The notes under the pieces are model-generated. The model saw only the letters and a program-made list of their open reading frames with translations, was not told where the DNA came from and ran no database searches. A DNA stretch of 61,803 bases, the filler included, from Rhabdomonas costata (lineage: Eukaryota), in the NCBI GenBank assembly GCA_019059605.1. It is 21 parts of 21 records of this genome, joined end to end, with 100 filler letters (N's around TTAATTAATTAA, not from the genome) between each part and the next. Parts side by side here need not be neighbours in the genome. Positions count along the whole stretch, not along the records: positions 1 to 2,848 come from JAHMHO010001888.1; positions 2,949 to 5,797 come from JAHMHO010001889.1; positions 5,898 to 8,748 come from JAHMHO010001890.1; positions 8,849 to 11,697 come from JAHMHO010001891.1; positions 11,798 to 14,656 come from JAHMHO010001892.1; 16 more parts are not named here. One strand, written 5' to 3'. Shown here in pieces: positions 1-12,033 of this stretch. A program made the position numbers and the translations under genes. How positions within the stretch are numbered: position 1 is the stretch's first letter; each line of letters opens with the position of its first letter.

Positions 1-12
1 TGTTGTGGGGGT

Positions 13-357
13 GAGTCCTACGCCACAGCCTTCCGGAACCTCGCCAGGTTGGCACAAATGGCTGCCACTGCGGTGCCCGATCCTTCCGCCGGGCCAGCTT
101 GGGTCAGGGAAGAAGCCACCGAAGAAACTTTTGCGCTACCTAAGCGGCAAGCGCGGAGGCTGCAAATTCACTTCAGATGGCTTTGCGCAACCCTTCGCTC
201 CCGCCTGGCCCAGGATGTGCTGCACGTCATCGCGGAGTTCTCGCTGCCGTGCTTCGATGTCCGTGTTTCCATCTACGACGAGGAGCAGATTGTGTTGGAC
301 GTTTGGCGGCGCACGAAGGGCATCCTGCCCCTGCAGCGTGGCTGCGGCATTAGTTGA
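13..357 (+). CDS. 3' end of a hypothetical protein (5'-truncated)
   Basis: Open frame from the contig edge (ESYATAFRNLARLAQ...LPLQRGCGIS*) with GC-rich coding-like codon use. No family recognised. Confidence 0.45.
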   Translation, partial: ESYATAFRNLARLAQMAATAVPDPSAGPAWVREEATEETFALPKRQARRLQIHFRWLCATLRSRLAQDVLHVIAEFSLPCFDVRVSIYDEEQIVLDVWRRTKGILPLQRGCGIS

Positions 358-1216
358 AGGCCTTGCCTATTTATCTGTGCATGACCGTGCAAGCACCCAG
401 GGGAGGGGCGTGGCTCTTGTTCCATTTGCCCTCTCTGCAGTCAAATCACAAATCTCAGCTCACCTCGTTTTTGGACCGCCTCACCACTTTAGCCTCGTTT
501 TGCATCGGTATATGGTGCCGCTTTGCTGCGCCTTCCTGCTTTTGGCCCCTTACTGCTGGTTGGATAGCAGAGGCCCCATTAGGATTACTTGAGTGGTAGG
601 GAGTCGAAGAAGGTGATTTAAGTTTGTCCCCGGTGAAGCCTTTTTTGGAAAATCGTTCTAAGTCTCTGGGGAATACTGATCCAACATTCTTTCACGCAAC
701 GTTTCCTGTCGATTTTTCATTCTGCTTTTATGATTATAGTGGTCATTGTCCGAATGTGCCGATTGCTGAGATCCGCGGTCGTCCGTCCACAAATTCTTTC
801 TTCGTTCGTCGATTTCACACACGAATGCTGCTACCTTCGCAGGGCTGCAGCGTGTGCTCGGGGCTCAGACAGGGAGCCCAAGTTTCTTCTTTGTAATCAA
901 AGAGCTGTCATGAAACTAATATTTAACCTTGAAAGTGCATCATACTCCTGTTCTTCGAATGGCACTCATAACATGACGACTCCTTCGTTTATGATGCCCT
1001 TAAATTCGAAATGCCTTCCCACCCTCTTAATGAGCCTGTTCTTGAGTACACCAGATGTTTGTTCTGGGTGCAGTTCCCCAAATTTTTGCTTTTTCACAGG
1101 CTTTTGTCTCTCCTCTTCTCCCCTTGAGTGCGTGTGCTTCTGCCCAGAGATCTTCCTGGGTCTCTTCTATATCCCCGATTCCATTGCTGCCAAAAGAAAA
1201 AGTGAAATAACTAGGA

Positions 1217-2819
1217 ATGCAAATGTGGCGAGCTTACCAGGCTTCCATAGCGCGGTCCCCGCTGCTGACCAAGATGCTAACGGCGGCCACGCTGTGGGGG
1301 ACCATCGACGCGGTGACGCAGTGGTTCGAGGACCGCCCAGAGGGCTTTGAGACGACCCGCTCTGCAAGGCAAAGCTTCTATGGTGCGTGCCCCGGGTGGA
1401 AAAAGAGGCGGTGGGCAACAAAGCGTAAGAGGAAGCACTCAGTGATACATTCAGAATATTCAGAGTGGGGGGAATGGGACAGGGGAAGGTCGAGAACGAC
1501 AATGGCGATGGCTAGCAGAGAAAACGACACATGTTGACCGAAAAAGAAGGTGAGAACGAAACCAGTGCTGTATTTCCCCACGTCTGGAGTGTCTCATTGC
1601 ATTGTACCTGTATCAGTTGTCTTCAGCTTTGCTCGATGGTGAGCATGAGTAGTGGAAAGGTCATTCGGGGGCCAGTTCCGCTTGCATTGTTTTCTCTCTT
1701 GCCCAGGTTGCTTCTGCCACGCACCGTGGACTCACGTCGTCTGGAATGCCCTTGGTGTGTGTGTGCCTCTATATGTGTGTCTGCTTCCTCGATGGGAACC
1801 TTGGGAATGGTGTGCGCGGTGCATGTGGCTCCATCCGGTACCACTCAGAACTTATGAAGGCAATGTATTAACATCGTTTTCGGCTACAACGGTACAACCA
1901 TGGGGGTCCTAAAACTCATAATTTTGGGATTCCGTTTTGATGGAATGGCGCAATATATCGTCATCTTCACTGGATTTAACAGGCTTGTCTGTCTTATTGA
2001 GAACGGGAACTGGGCGGAAGCCGTTGCTTGCCATGGGGCACGGTGTGCAGTCGCCATGATGTGAGAAGAGAGTTTTGGTTCATGGCTTCACGCAGAGAGA
2101 AGGTGGCCGGCGGCGACGGCGGTGTCGGTGGCGAAGAAGGTGGCGGTGGATCAGCTGATCTCCGCCCCGGCTTTCTACTACGTGTACTTCACCTACCTGG
2201 GGGTGGCCCAAGGGGAGTCCGCGGAGCAGATCCGTGCCCGCCGCCAGCGGCTGTGGCCGACCATGCAAGTTGTCTGGTATGGGCTGTGGATCATTGCTGC
2301 TGCTGCCTTGGGGCGGCCTGGGGCACGCTGCGCAGATTCGACCCAAAAACCACTGTCATTTATCGTGCATCATCCAGCAGAGATGTCGTTGTTATGAACT
2401 TTTGGTTGCCGCCACTCTTGTGGACATCTGCCACTGGACGGATAGGCGGTAAACTGGAGGATTCTGTCAAAAATGAGGGCGGCGGATTGAAAAGCAGGAT
2501 TCGCTTCCGGCGCATCAAAAAATGAAGAAGGCTCTAAATGCGAAGAAATTGAATTACGAATCCCGCATGCTGCTTTCTGTTCTTCAACTCGGAAAGGTGC
2601 CTCTGGCCCTTCGTGCACTTTGTCAACTTCAAGTTCGTGCCCCTGCACAACCGCCTGCTCGCCGCGCTGTGCGTGCAGCTCGTGTTCAACTCCTTCATCC
2701 CCCACATGGGGAACAAGCCCCTGGCCCAGCCCCCGATTAGTGGGCTGAGGGCCAAGGACCTGCTTCCTGCCCTAAAGTGGAACAATGTCCCCATGGCAGA
2801 CCTAGTGGTCTCCTTGTGA
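1217..2819 (+). CDS. Mpv17/PMP22 family membrane protein (4 exons)
   Basis: Exons 1217-1382, 1707-1754, 2096-2276 and 2597-2819 join in phase via GT-AG introns. Motifs YQASIARSPLLTKMLT, KKVAVDQLISAP and WPFVHFVNFKFVPLHNRLL are typical of the family. Confidence 0.9.
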
Positions 2820-2848
2820 GGCATACATGCGAACAAACACACAACCCC

Positions 2849-2948
2849 NNNNNNNNNNNNNNNNNNNNNNNNNNNNNNNNNNNNNNNNNNNNTTAATTAA
2901 TTAANNNNNNNNNNNNNNNNNNNNNNNNNNNNNNNNNNNNNNNNNNNN
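2849..2948. other. Artificial contig spacer (44N-TTAATTAATTAA-44N), first of 20
   Basis: The same 100-nt spacer, with stops in all six frames, also occurs at 5798, 8749, 11698, 14657, 17606, 20554, 23504, 26451, 29399, 32348, 35298, 38245, 41191, 44139, 47085, 50030, 52976, 55917 and 58861. Contigs between spacers are all about 2.84-2.86 kb. Confidence 0.98.
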
Positions 2949-3151
2949 CAGTCAACGTTTCCAGGCGTTTCCAAGTTTAACTGCTGGGTGGTCAAATACT
3001 GTTTTTCTGGACACGTCGAATTCTAATAATTCAATCAATCAGCAAACCTTTCTTTTTTAGACAACAAACCTTTCCAAAGGCAATATTACTGCCGTCTGTT
3101 ACGGAATTTCACTGAAAACGTGTGTGTTGGAAATGCGTTGAAAGCACGTGC

Positions 3152-5106
3152 CGGAGTAAGTAGTCTGCCACTCCAAGTTCGAGCTCCGGCGTCCTCAAGT
3201 TGCACAGGGTAGCTACCGCCAAGCAGGTGTAGATGGCCCTGAACAGAACATTCAACCTTTCCCAAAGGAGTTCTTGGTCGAAAAAAATTTGTTCCATTTC
3301 ATAAAACGGCCAACCTGACATCTACTTCACCGCCCTCGTGCATTCGGAGAGAGCCCTCTGAGGTCTTCAAACGCAAGAGCCACCGCAGGAGCTCTTCTTT
3401 CGGAATGGATTCGTAGGCTTCCGGTGTACCTTTGCGCGAAACAGAAGTTGTGAAAATGAAAAACCACACGAAAAGCAAGCATCTCTCATCCCCCTTTCTT
3501 CCTGAAAATCACAGCGTTTGGTTGCATCAAGCTAGTTGCATTGTCGTGCAAAAAATGGTGAACTGCAGCGCTGCTCGTGCGGCTCTCTTCTCGTGTTTTG
3601 GGTGCAGGAGCCGAATAAACAATAATCCTTGGCTTCAATTTCTGGCACCTCTCCACCGATGCACTATTCAAATTCCGAAAATTATTCTCTGACCCCTTCC
3701 CCCAGAATAGGTCTCCGCCTTTGCTTGTTTTTTTCAAGTATGCAATGAAGGTATTAATCCACATTGTTGTATCTGTGGCAGACTGAGACCCCGTAGGGTC
3801 ACTCGATGTGTATGGGTGGTTTCAACACTGTCATATCCACATCAGATACAAAAGAACACAGTTCCCAGCTCAGCTGAACAATTTCCGCCCATCGCAAGGG
3901 CCGTCGTTGCCCATCTGCGACTTGTTGGATGACTACCTCTCGGAAAAGCCGTTCGAAAATGCTCCAGGAAAGCTCGCATCCGGGACTGCGTGGGCTTCCA
4001 TGTGCCCGGGATGATTTTTGAGGACGCTCCTCCCAACGAGAGAGAGAGAGAGACATGGGAGTAGCAAGACGCAGCGACAAATAAAGGAGTGCAGCAGAGG
4101 TGGGTCAGATGCCGTGGAAACCAAGCGACACCAAACAAGGATGGGAAGGGAAGCAACGACCCAAGCAAGGAGGAGAGCAACCACAGCGACGAGACCAAGC
4201 AGGTGGGAAGTGGTGTTCGGGAGCGAAGGGAAGCACAAAAAGAGAAAGAGCACAGGCAATGGCATCCGTGAGTGCAGCACACTGAGGCAGGTCCCAGACT
4301 TACGCAAGGACAAAAAGTGTGAAAATGTGTGCGCGAAACTGAATAGAAGTTTTGCAGACCTGAGATGGAAAAGAATTGAAAAACATTATGCGCAAGAGCC
4401 CAAAAGTATACCAATAATGCACAGAGCACAGACAGCAGCGTAGGTTGGAGCCAGATGGGGAAGCTGCACGGGGCCACCACCGTATCCTCCATACACCTCC
4501 CCCGTCACAGGATCCGTGCACCGAGTGAAGCATGTCGAAATCTAAAGAAACAAAAGCGAGACGAAGTGCAATGAACGGCAAATAATGTTCCGAAATTCTG
4601 CTCCTTTACATGACTTCAAGCGATCGAAAATCCCAAAATAAATTCGCCAATTAAACCGCGCTCGCACAACACACCCACTTCACGATAGCAGCACTAGTGA
4701 CAGGAAAGGAGAAGCCAGGTTTTGCCTCCTCTTCCACCAGGTCCCATCCGAGAAGCTCTAGGGCATGGAGAACCCAGTATAAAATCCAGGTACGGGAACA
4801 ATCAAGATAACAGATCGAAGCGGGAAGTTTCTGGAGACTGGCCAGTAACCATGGAACGGTTTTGTTGCGCAAGAGCCTGATAAAAGGCAAAAAAAAAAGG
4901 CAATTCCGGTTCTGCCAAAATAAAATGGAATCTTCACAAGTTGTTTAAAAAAAAGGTCCACACCTGAGGGTCTTGTTTGCTCCAATGGTGGACCTGTACA
5001 CTCCAAAAAAGGGTGCCAGAGTTTCCTCTATTCTTGTCTGCTCCCTGGAGGTATGCGTAACATATTTATCCGTGTTGACAGGGCTCCGTCGGAGAAAAAG
5101 AGCCAT
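3152..5106 (-). CDS. FNTB: Protein farnesyltransferase beta subunit (5' part, 3'-truncated)
   Basis: Exons 5106-4964, 4876-4675, 4541-4412, 3429-3315 and 3238-~3152. Motifs LDCSRTWILYWVLHALELLG, GGYGGGPVQLPHLAPTYAAV and GSLRMHEGGEVDVRAIY. Confidence 0.93.
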
Positions 5107-6818
5107 CTGCCTGTGCAGAGTACGCGCGCCCAAATCCAGCGGGGCGTGCTATAAAGAAGTTCACGATAAAAGAGCGCAGAACGAAAACTAAAAGCCTTAA
5201 AACACAGAAGTAAATGCAACCGATCTGTTCTCTGCTACCACCCTGGAAAAATGCCAAGTCTTTAAGGTCACGCCCCCCCCCTCAGACAGTGTATATCCCA
5301 CTCACGACCTCCAAATCTCTCAATGAAGCGCCTTCCCTTCGAAAAGAAATGATGGTGACCTCATGTTTCTAATCAAACAAAAAAGAAGTACGTTTCATTT
5401 AAGTCATTTAAATTTTTAATTTTCTTACAACCGAGATGATGACAAGAGCGCAGCAGATTCCAAAATGGTTGAGTTGATCATGGATTGCACCAGCCACGTC
5501 CTGTCATCCTATCTGCTTCATTTTCAAAGGGAAGGAGAACTCTAAACCGAGAGATTCTGAATTCAAATGGGGAGGTAATGTGTCCTGAGCGAAACGTGTG
5601 GGTACAGATCCTAAACTTTGAAACCTGCCATGGTGTGACCCAGCACTGCTGTCCCAATAATGGAAGAGGAAGGGGTATCTGTTCTTTTGTGTTTAATTTA
5701 AAAAGCATTTGATGAGGAATTTTTTGCGCTTGCCGTTTGAGTCTTGTGAAACTCAGGACTCTGCGGAGTCCGCGGGTTGAAAGTCAATTAAGTGATGNNN
5801 NNNNNNNNNNNNNNNNNNNNNNNNNNNNNNNNNNNNNNNNNTTAATTAATTAANNNNNNNNNNNNNNNNNNNNNNNNNNNNNNNNNNNNNNNNNNNNATG
5901 TCAGCTTGGCTGGTGCAGCAGTGCTTGAAATGTCATAAGCCGTAGTTGTGTGTCTTTTTTGTCAGTCTGTCTGCCTGTCTCGTTGTCACAGCAGTTCTGT
6001 GCTCCGACATTCGGATTGTGGGCTGGGGAGGTGCATCAGAGGCATAATCCGGGCAGTGGCAAAAGGGAGAGCTCCTTCAGATGACCAAACGCGTCAGGAA
6101 AAGGCCACTTTTGAGCTGTTGGACAAGAAAAAACGTTGTCTTCATTATTTAAAACGACTTTTAGTTGACGCGGCCATATTTGTGGTCAACTCTGATACTC
6201 GGACACTGCGAGCTAAGAATATTCGCTTCGCATTCTGGTCCGATGCCGTTGTTTGGGCGGGGGTGTTAAACTATTTAACGTTGCTGCTCATGAACACCAA
6301 AAGATATCTTTTGGGGGTTCTACAGCTTTTATCTTTCTGTAAATTATTGTTGCCTCGGTTTGCTTCCAGCCATACAGTGATTATTGTTGTTGCTTCGACA
6401 TTCATGGCAAGACTACCTCACCACTTAACATGGTTAAATCGGCGTTGGCCTTCACCTCTAAATTAAAATTGACCCATTAATTTCCAATCTCCTGAGAACC
6501 GATAATTCGCTTCTCAAACAAAGTCACTGAAGTCCGCGTGAAGTCCGTCCTCTAACACACCAGAAACACCGAGATAAAAGCAGGACGCGATACAAAATCC
6601 TATACCCGCATCTCACTAATTAACATCGTCAAACCTCACGTTCGTTCACCTCTCCCCCAATCCAAAAAATGCATCCCTCAACCCAAAGTCGCGATGTGGG
6701 GGGATCCGGATTTGTTATCTTGTGCAGCTATTTTGGTGTGATCCCCTTTTTTTCGATTCCAGCCTTTTATTCTCCCCTGATAGAGAATTCGTTCGAGAGT
6801 CCCCAACAAGCGAGTGCG

Positions 6819-8748
6819 ATGGCCTCTCCGAGCTCTCCGAGCTCTTTTTCCCGCGCCCAGAATCGGCGGTTTATCCTGTTTTGCTTCCCTGACATGGAGG
6901 TGCTTGCGCAAGAGCTGCTACAGAAGTTCCCGGAGGTTTTCGAGAAGGGCGAGATTGAATGGGGAACCTTCCCTGACGGCACCCCCAACGTGTTGGTGTG
7001 AAACACCACAATCACACATATTGCATGGGTCCCTCAAAAATGAGAACTGCGTGCTTTTTATACATTAAAGTTTTCAATTTCGGATTTATGGAGCAAAAAG
7101 AGGGTGAAGATGTGGTGTGTCTGTATTGCTTGGCAGGTGACTGTTGCTGTTTTTTCACTTTGGGGTTTGCTTGAGTTCTGATATGACGCGGAGCATATTT
7201 TCCCTTCCCTTCTCCTCTTTCGTCTCCTCATTAGATAATGGAGAGTTGGTGTGGTCAGTTGGTGTGCTTAGTTGTGGTCATTTTTCACAGGAGGCCATTC
7301 AGTGATGCAATACCTGGATTTTCTCGTTGCTGTCTGTCTGTCTGTCTGTCTGTCTCTTACCAACGTGCGCGACCGGCGAAGTCAGCGCAGGCTCTCTTTT
7401 TTTGTTAATACGGCAGGGAAACAGTGTTTTTCCATTATCTGTGAACGCAGATAAGTGCTCAAATCCATGGTTGAAGCACTGGTTGGGGGGTTTTGGTTCC
7501 CATATGTCCCCGCGTGCGCTGACTGCCCCCTTTCAGATCAAGAACGTGCCCTCCATCCATTACCGCAATGTGGTCTTCTTGGCCAACTTCCGGAATGTGA
7601 CCCTGTGGGTGTCCCAGATCGCGGTGCTCTTTGCAATGCCGCGCTACCTGGGTTGTGTTTTCCGTCCATTTTTTGTGGCTTCCACGTGGTCTTCCGCATT
7701 CAGTTATTTTCTCGTTTTTTTTCTCGTGGTTCCTCTTTTTCTCGTTTCCTTGCTTTCTTTCTCCACCCGGATACGGGTTGCCCTGCTTGCTGGCTTCTTT
7801 GGTTTGCTATGTTTGACGTTTGGTCTGCTCCCTGCAGATGCTCCTCTTACCCGGTAACGTGCAGCACAATTCCAAACCCAAACCAGTCCTGAACAAGATC
7901 CCTTGAAGAAAGCACACTGACCCCCTTCCCACTTCAGCTGTATCGCCGGTATAACTTTTTGCGCGTTGTCTGGTTTTTTAAAATCTGACAAGCTTCCCGG
8001 CACTTCGGCATTTTAAGTTCTTGGGGATTTCAAAAAAAACAGAAACTGCGCTTTGTTTGAGGAGGTGGGATGCCAGTTGGGAGTGCTTCTTGAATGTCCC
8101 GCTCTCTCCCCCAGTACCACCAGTATCCGCTAGCTCCTTTCCAGCCCCTGGATTTCCACACTGAATGCCGCAGCATCTCTCACTATTCCGCTTTGAACAA
8201 CTCATCCACCAGCAATCAACACCAGATCTCTGTACTCACGGGACCCAAAAGCGAGACCGTGGCAGCATTTTCTTTTAACGTTGGCACCCAAAAAAATCCT
8301 CAATATCCGCGGCTATGTGACGCCCGAGCCTCCTGAGTGGTTAGGGGTTAGGGTTAGGGTATAGGTTTTACCTCCCCGTGGCCAGGCAATATCCCCCCTC
8401 ACGGACGTATCCTTATTCCGTGGATGTGCTTAACGCCCCATTTCCCGACATGTGTGACGCTGCCGAACGATTTGAACAAAAAGTTTGTTTTCCGGCTTGA
8501 CCACAGTGCAAACAACCCGATCTGAGCCCGCATCCTGGGAGGAAGCATACAGTTATACAGCTGCCTGCGGAAGCTCTGTTTCCCCTCCTGGCACATGCAT
8601 ACACACATTCCTTCCAATTGCGCAGCGCGGTCCTTCACGGTAGTCCTGCCGTTCTTTCCCACGGGAACCATGGAAAGGGTGGACACTGAGGGGCAGGTCG
8701 CCACTGCGATGACGCTCAGCCGCACCCTGTCGTGCATCCCTCTCTCCC
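6819..8748 (+). CDS. Ribose-phosphate pyrophosphokinase, class II (plant PRS3/PRS4-like), 3'-truncated
   Basis: Exons 6819-6995, 7537-7651 and 8626-8748. Motifs [19 protein letters not shown] and [29 protein letters not shown]. Confidence 0.9.
8341..8365 (+). repeat. Short interstitial telomere-like (TTAGGG)n tract in an intron
   Basis: TTAGGG-G-TTAGGG-TTAGGG-TATAGG, read directly. Confidence 0.7.
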
Positions 8749-9263
8749 NNNNNNNNNNNNNNNNNNNNNNNNNNNNNNNNNNNNNNNNNNNNTTAATTAA
8801 TTAANNNNNNNNNNNNNNNNNNNNNNNNNNNNNNNNNNNNNNNNNNNNGGGGGTGGGTGTAGAATGCGAACAGTCTCCTTGCGGAACATGATATCACCTA
8901 AGTTAGCAGGTCAATCAGCTCTTTGTTTTTTCGCTGGTTTGCTGATCGACCGACTGACAGACTTGCTCGACCAGAAGCCGTCAACCTCCCCTTCTTTTTA
9001 CACTTATTCGGCATAAGGACGTCAACCATTCCTGGTTCCCTCGTTTGGTCTCTAAGAGTTCTCACGTGTCATGCGCAAGTCGTGGATCTCTAGCTGAGTC
9101 GTCCTCAAACTATCAATCAATCTGCTGTTACCGATTTCACCGGGGAAGCCGAGCCCCAGCTGGCGTCACCTCGGGGGGCGTGAATTGGGGTGTTGAAGTA
9201 ATCGGTGCCGAAAAAAAACTCCTACAACTGTTCAGCAATTTTATCCGTTTGTTTTATGCTCAG

Positions 9264-11644
9264 GTGACTGTGCTTTATGTTCGTATCCGGAACTTCACCT
9301 CTCTTGTCATCTCTGACCCAAACCTGACTGTGAGCACGTACAATCAGTTCGTGGAGAAGGTGTGTACTTCCGTGCATATGTTTATTTGTGCCCACTTATT
9401 GGTCCTCACTGGATCCCATATTATTGAGAAAAATGCTCAAGAAGTCAAAAAAATACGAAGAAAAAATGTGAGCGGAATTTCCTTCCCAAGGACTTATCCT
9501 TCACGGACGCAATTCTGCCAAGTGTTGTATGCATCCTGAGAACCACGTTCTCTCCTCTGCATCCTTGCACCGAAGGTTTCCGGCGTTGACTCTTCAACCG
9601 CCTGACCTGCGCCACTGCACCCCTTCCTTTATTCCGCACTGCCTTTCCTCGGTTCGTTTGAAAATTAAAGAGGCACTGGTGCAGACCTGTTGTCTTAGAG
9701 TCACGGAGAAATCCTCTTTCGTGTTATGGTTGCGGCTTAGGCCGCTCCCAGCTTCTGTTTTGTCTATAATTTTGCTTTGGTTTTAAAGCAGTACTGGCAC
9801 TTCCTCCAAAGTGCCCTCACTGTTCTGTCAATGGTTGGTGTGCTCCATGTTTGTGTCACTGGGCTACGTTGACTGGAGCAATTCTCGTTGTTATACAACC
9901 GCTGCTGCACGCTCCGCGCAATTCATCATGCTCGGTAGCAGCACTCCGGAATGTCTCGCGCTCTGTCTCTGGAGATTGATAATGGCCTTTGGGTGACGCT
10001 GCTCCTTTTGAGGGCTCCTAGCTGCAAATTCGCAGCCAGCCAGCCATGCAGGCATGGGATGCGTGGACGACCCTGCGAGTTTCTCCAGAAGGAGGGAATT
10101 GGATACATACCCGTCCACTCCGCTGGCCGTCACACAATTTTGTTTAAAATGAAACCCCTACCACCAGTCTGGTGTGTGCACAATAGGCCTTCCCGGTCAT
10201 CAGCAGCCACTCTGGCACAGTGGCTCTGATTGACGGGGAGAATATCGTGGTGCACTGGAATGCCGCGAAGCGGTGCGGCACGGGAAGGCTGCAGGTGTGT
10301 GTGGGAGGGGGGTAAACCTTTCTTAGACATCATCTTAAGTCTCGGGTAAGTGAAAAAATTCCCCCAACCACTGAGGAAGAAGGCTCCAACACATCACAGA
10401 AGATGCAGCATATAGGAGATCCAGGGGACTCCTGTTTCGCCTCCACGTGGGACTTGGGGGAAATTTTTTCCCTTGGGGAAATTTTTTCTTTTTGTGGGAG
10501 ATTTTTTCACTTAGCCCAAGTCTCACAACTGCTCGAGACTCCTGTCATCTTCGGGCAACTTACGCCAAACAGGCACCTGCTGGCCCCCGTGCTTCACAGG
10601 GGAAGACCTAATTGGGTTGGGGTGGGGCCAGAGTTGCCCTCAGCCTAACACGTAATCGAGACCAGCGTGGTAGACCGTGATATGGATTCGAATCGATTTT
10701 GGTGCCTTACAGTATCCGTACCAGTGATTACCGTTCACACCCAGCTCACTGTTTGTGTGTGTATGGCCCAACGCCGGGTTACAATAGGCTCTTGCTCATT
10801 TTTGATGGCAATGTCGTCCAGTGGTTGCTCGCGGCTTTTGGGAAAGCCGGTGGGTTTTGTCAAGCTGGTGGATCAAGGCTTCGTTTTAGCGGGAAAAGTA
10901 ACACTACTTGTCCAACCAATGAAGTTGAGGTGCATGGCAGACGGGTGGGTATATTCTTGGCGTAATGGTGCAGTGTTCACAATATCGGTAAGTATTCCCA
11001 TAGCAAGAGGGGATTTGATCTGTGTCTCTGTGCAGGCCTGCGAGACGGCGTCTGGGCTGGCTGCCGTGGCGCAGGACTCGCCGTTCCAGCTTCAAATGGG
11101 CCTGGCTTATGGCGATGCCTGGTACACCCCGATCGGCTGCGAGCAGCTCTCCAACCTTTCGGTGCGCCTCTCGCTCCCTCGCTCTCTCGCTTTCGCACCA
11201 TTTTGTGTGGGTTCCTTTCTCTTTCCCTAAACCAAAACGATTCGCCGCGTATCCTATGATTTCATTTCGCACCCACCAACCACGTGTACCCTGCGACTCT
11301 CACCTAACCTCCCTCCCCCACTTTCCTCTTCTCGTTCGCAGCCACCCTGATCCACACACTTCTCACCCTACCGGCACGCCCCCTTTTCCTCTTCTGACTC
11401 CCTCATTTTCTCCCAGCTTCTTTTGCGCACCAAACCTTCCTCCCTCCTTTTCATTGGCTTGTGCCTCTCGTTTCTTCTGTGTCGTGCTGATCTCTTGCAG
11501 CATTGCGACTTTAAAGCCCGCCACATTCTTTCGCTCGGTCTGTGTTATGAGCTATGCACTTCGAACAGGTTTTGGGCCCGGTGATGTGGAAAGCCTTGCT
11601 CCTATTGGAACTGAACGGCTTCTACAAAACTCGCATTTTGGCAG
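9264..11644 (+). CDS. Class III adenylate/guanylate cyclase-like domain, catalytically degenerate (internal fragment)
   Basis: Exons 9264-9359, 10187-10294, 11036-11161 and 11569-11644 splice in phase 0. They give VTVLYVRIRNFTSL...HSGTVALIDGENIVVHWNA...LQMGLAYGDAWYTPIG...VLGPVMWKALLLLELNGFYKTRILA, which follows the class III cyclase motif order. Confidence 0.8.
10344..10516. mobile_element. MITE-like element in an intron of the cyclase-like gene
   Basis: TIRs GGGTAAGTGAAAAAAT / GGCTAAGTGAAAAAAT (1 mismatch in 16). Flanking direct repeat (T/C)AAGTCTC at 10336-10343 and 10517-10524. Internal subterminal repeats TTGGGG(G)AAATTTTTTC. Confidence 0.75.
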
Positions 11645-11797
11645 GTATGCATGCTCGCGAGCAGTGGTTTGGGCATCAACCCAGACCACTCAAACAANNN
11701 NNNNNNNNNNNNNNNNNNNNNNNNNNNNNNNNNNNNNNNNNTTAATTAATTAANNNNNNNNNNNNNNNNNNNNNNNNNNNNNNNNNNNNNNNNNNNN

Positions 11798-11900
11798 GGT
11801 GTGTTGTGTGGTGTGGTGTGGTGTGGTGTGGTGTGGTGTGGTGTGGTGTGGTGTGGCGTGGCGTGGTGTGGCGTGGTGTGGTGTGGTGTGGTGTGGTGTG
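11798..11900 (+). repeat. (GTGTG)n pentanucleotide microsatellite
   Basis: About 20 units with a few GCGTG variants, at a contig start. Confidence 0.95.
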
Positions 11901-12033
11901 GGGAGTGGAGATCTACGGTCGCCAGAATTGGAAAGGAAAAGACATCCCGACCATGGGGCATTTCTTGAGGCCAAAAGCACATGCTCACCTTGGCTTCCTG
12001 GAAGGAAAAAGAAGCAAAATATCCCTCGCTGAC

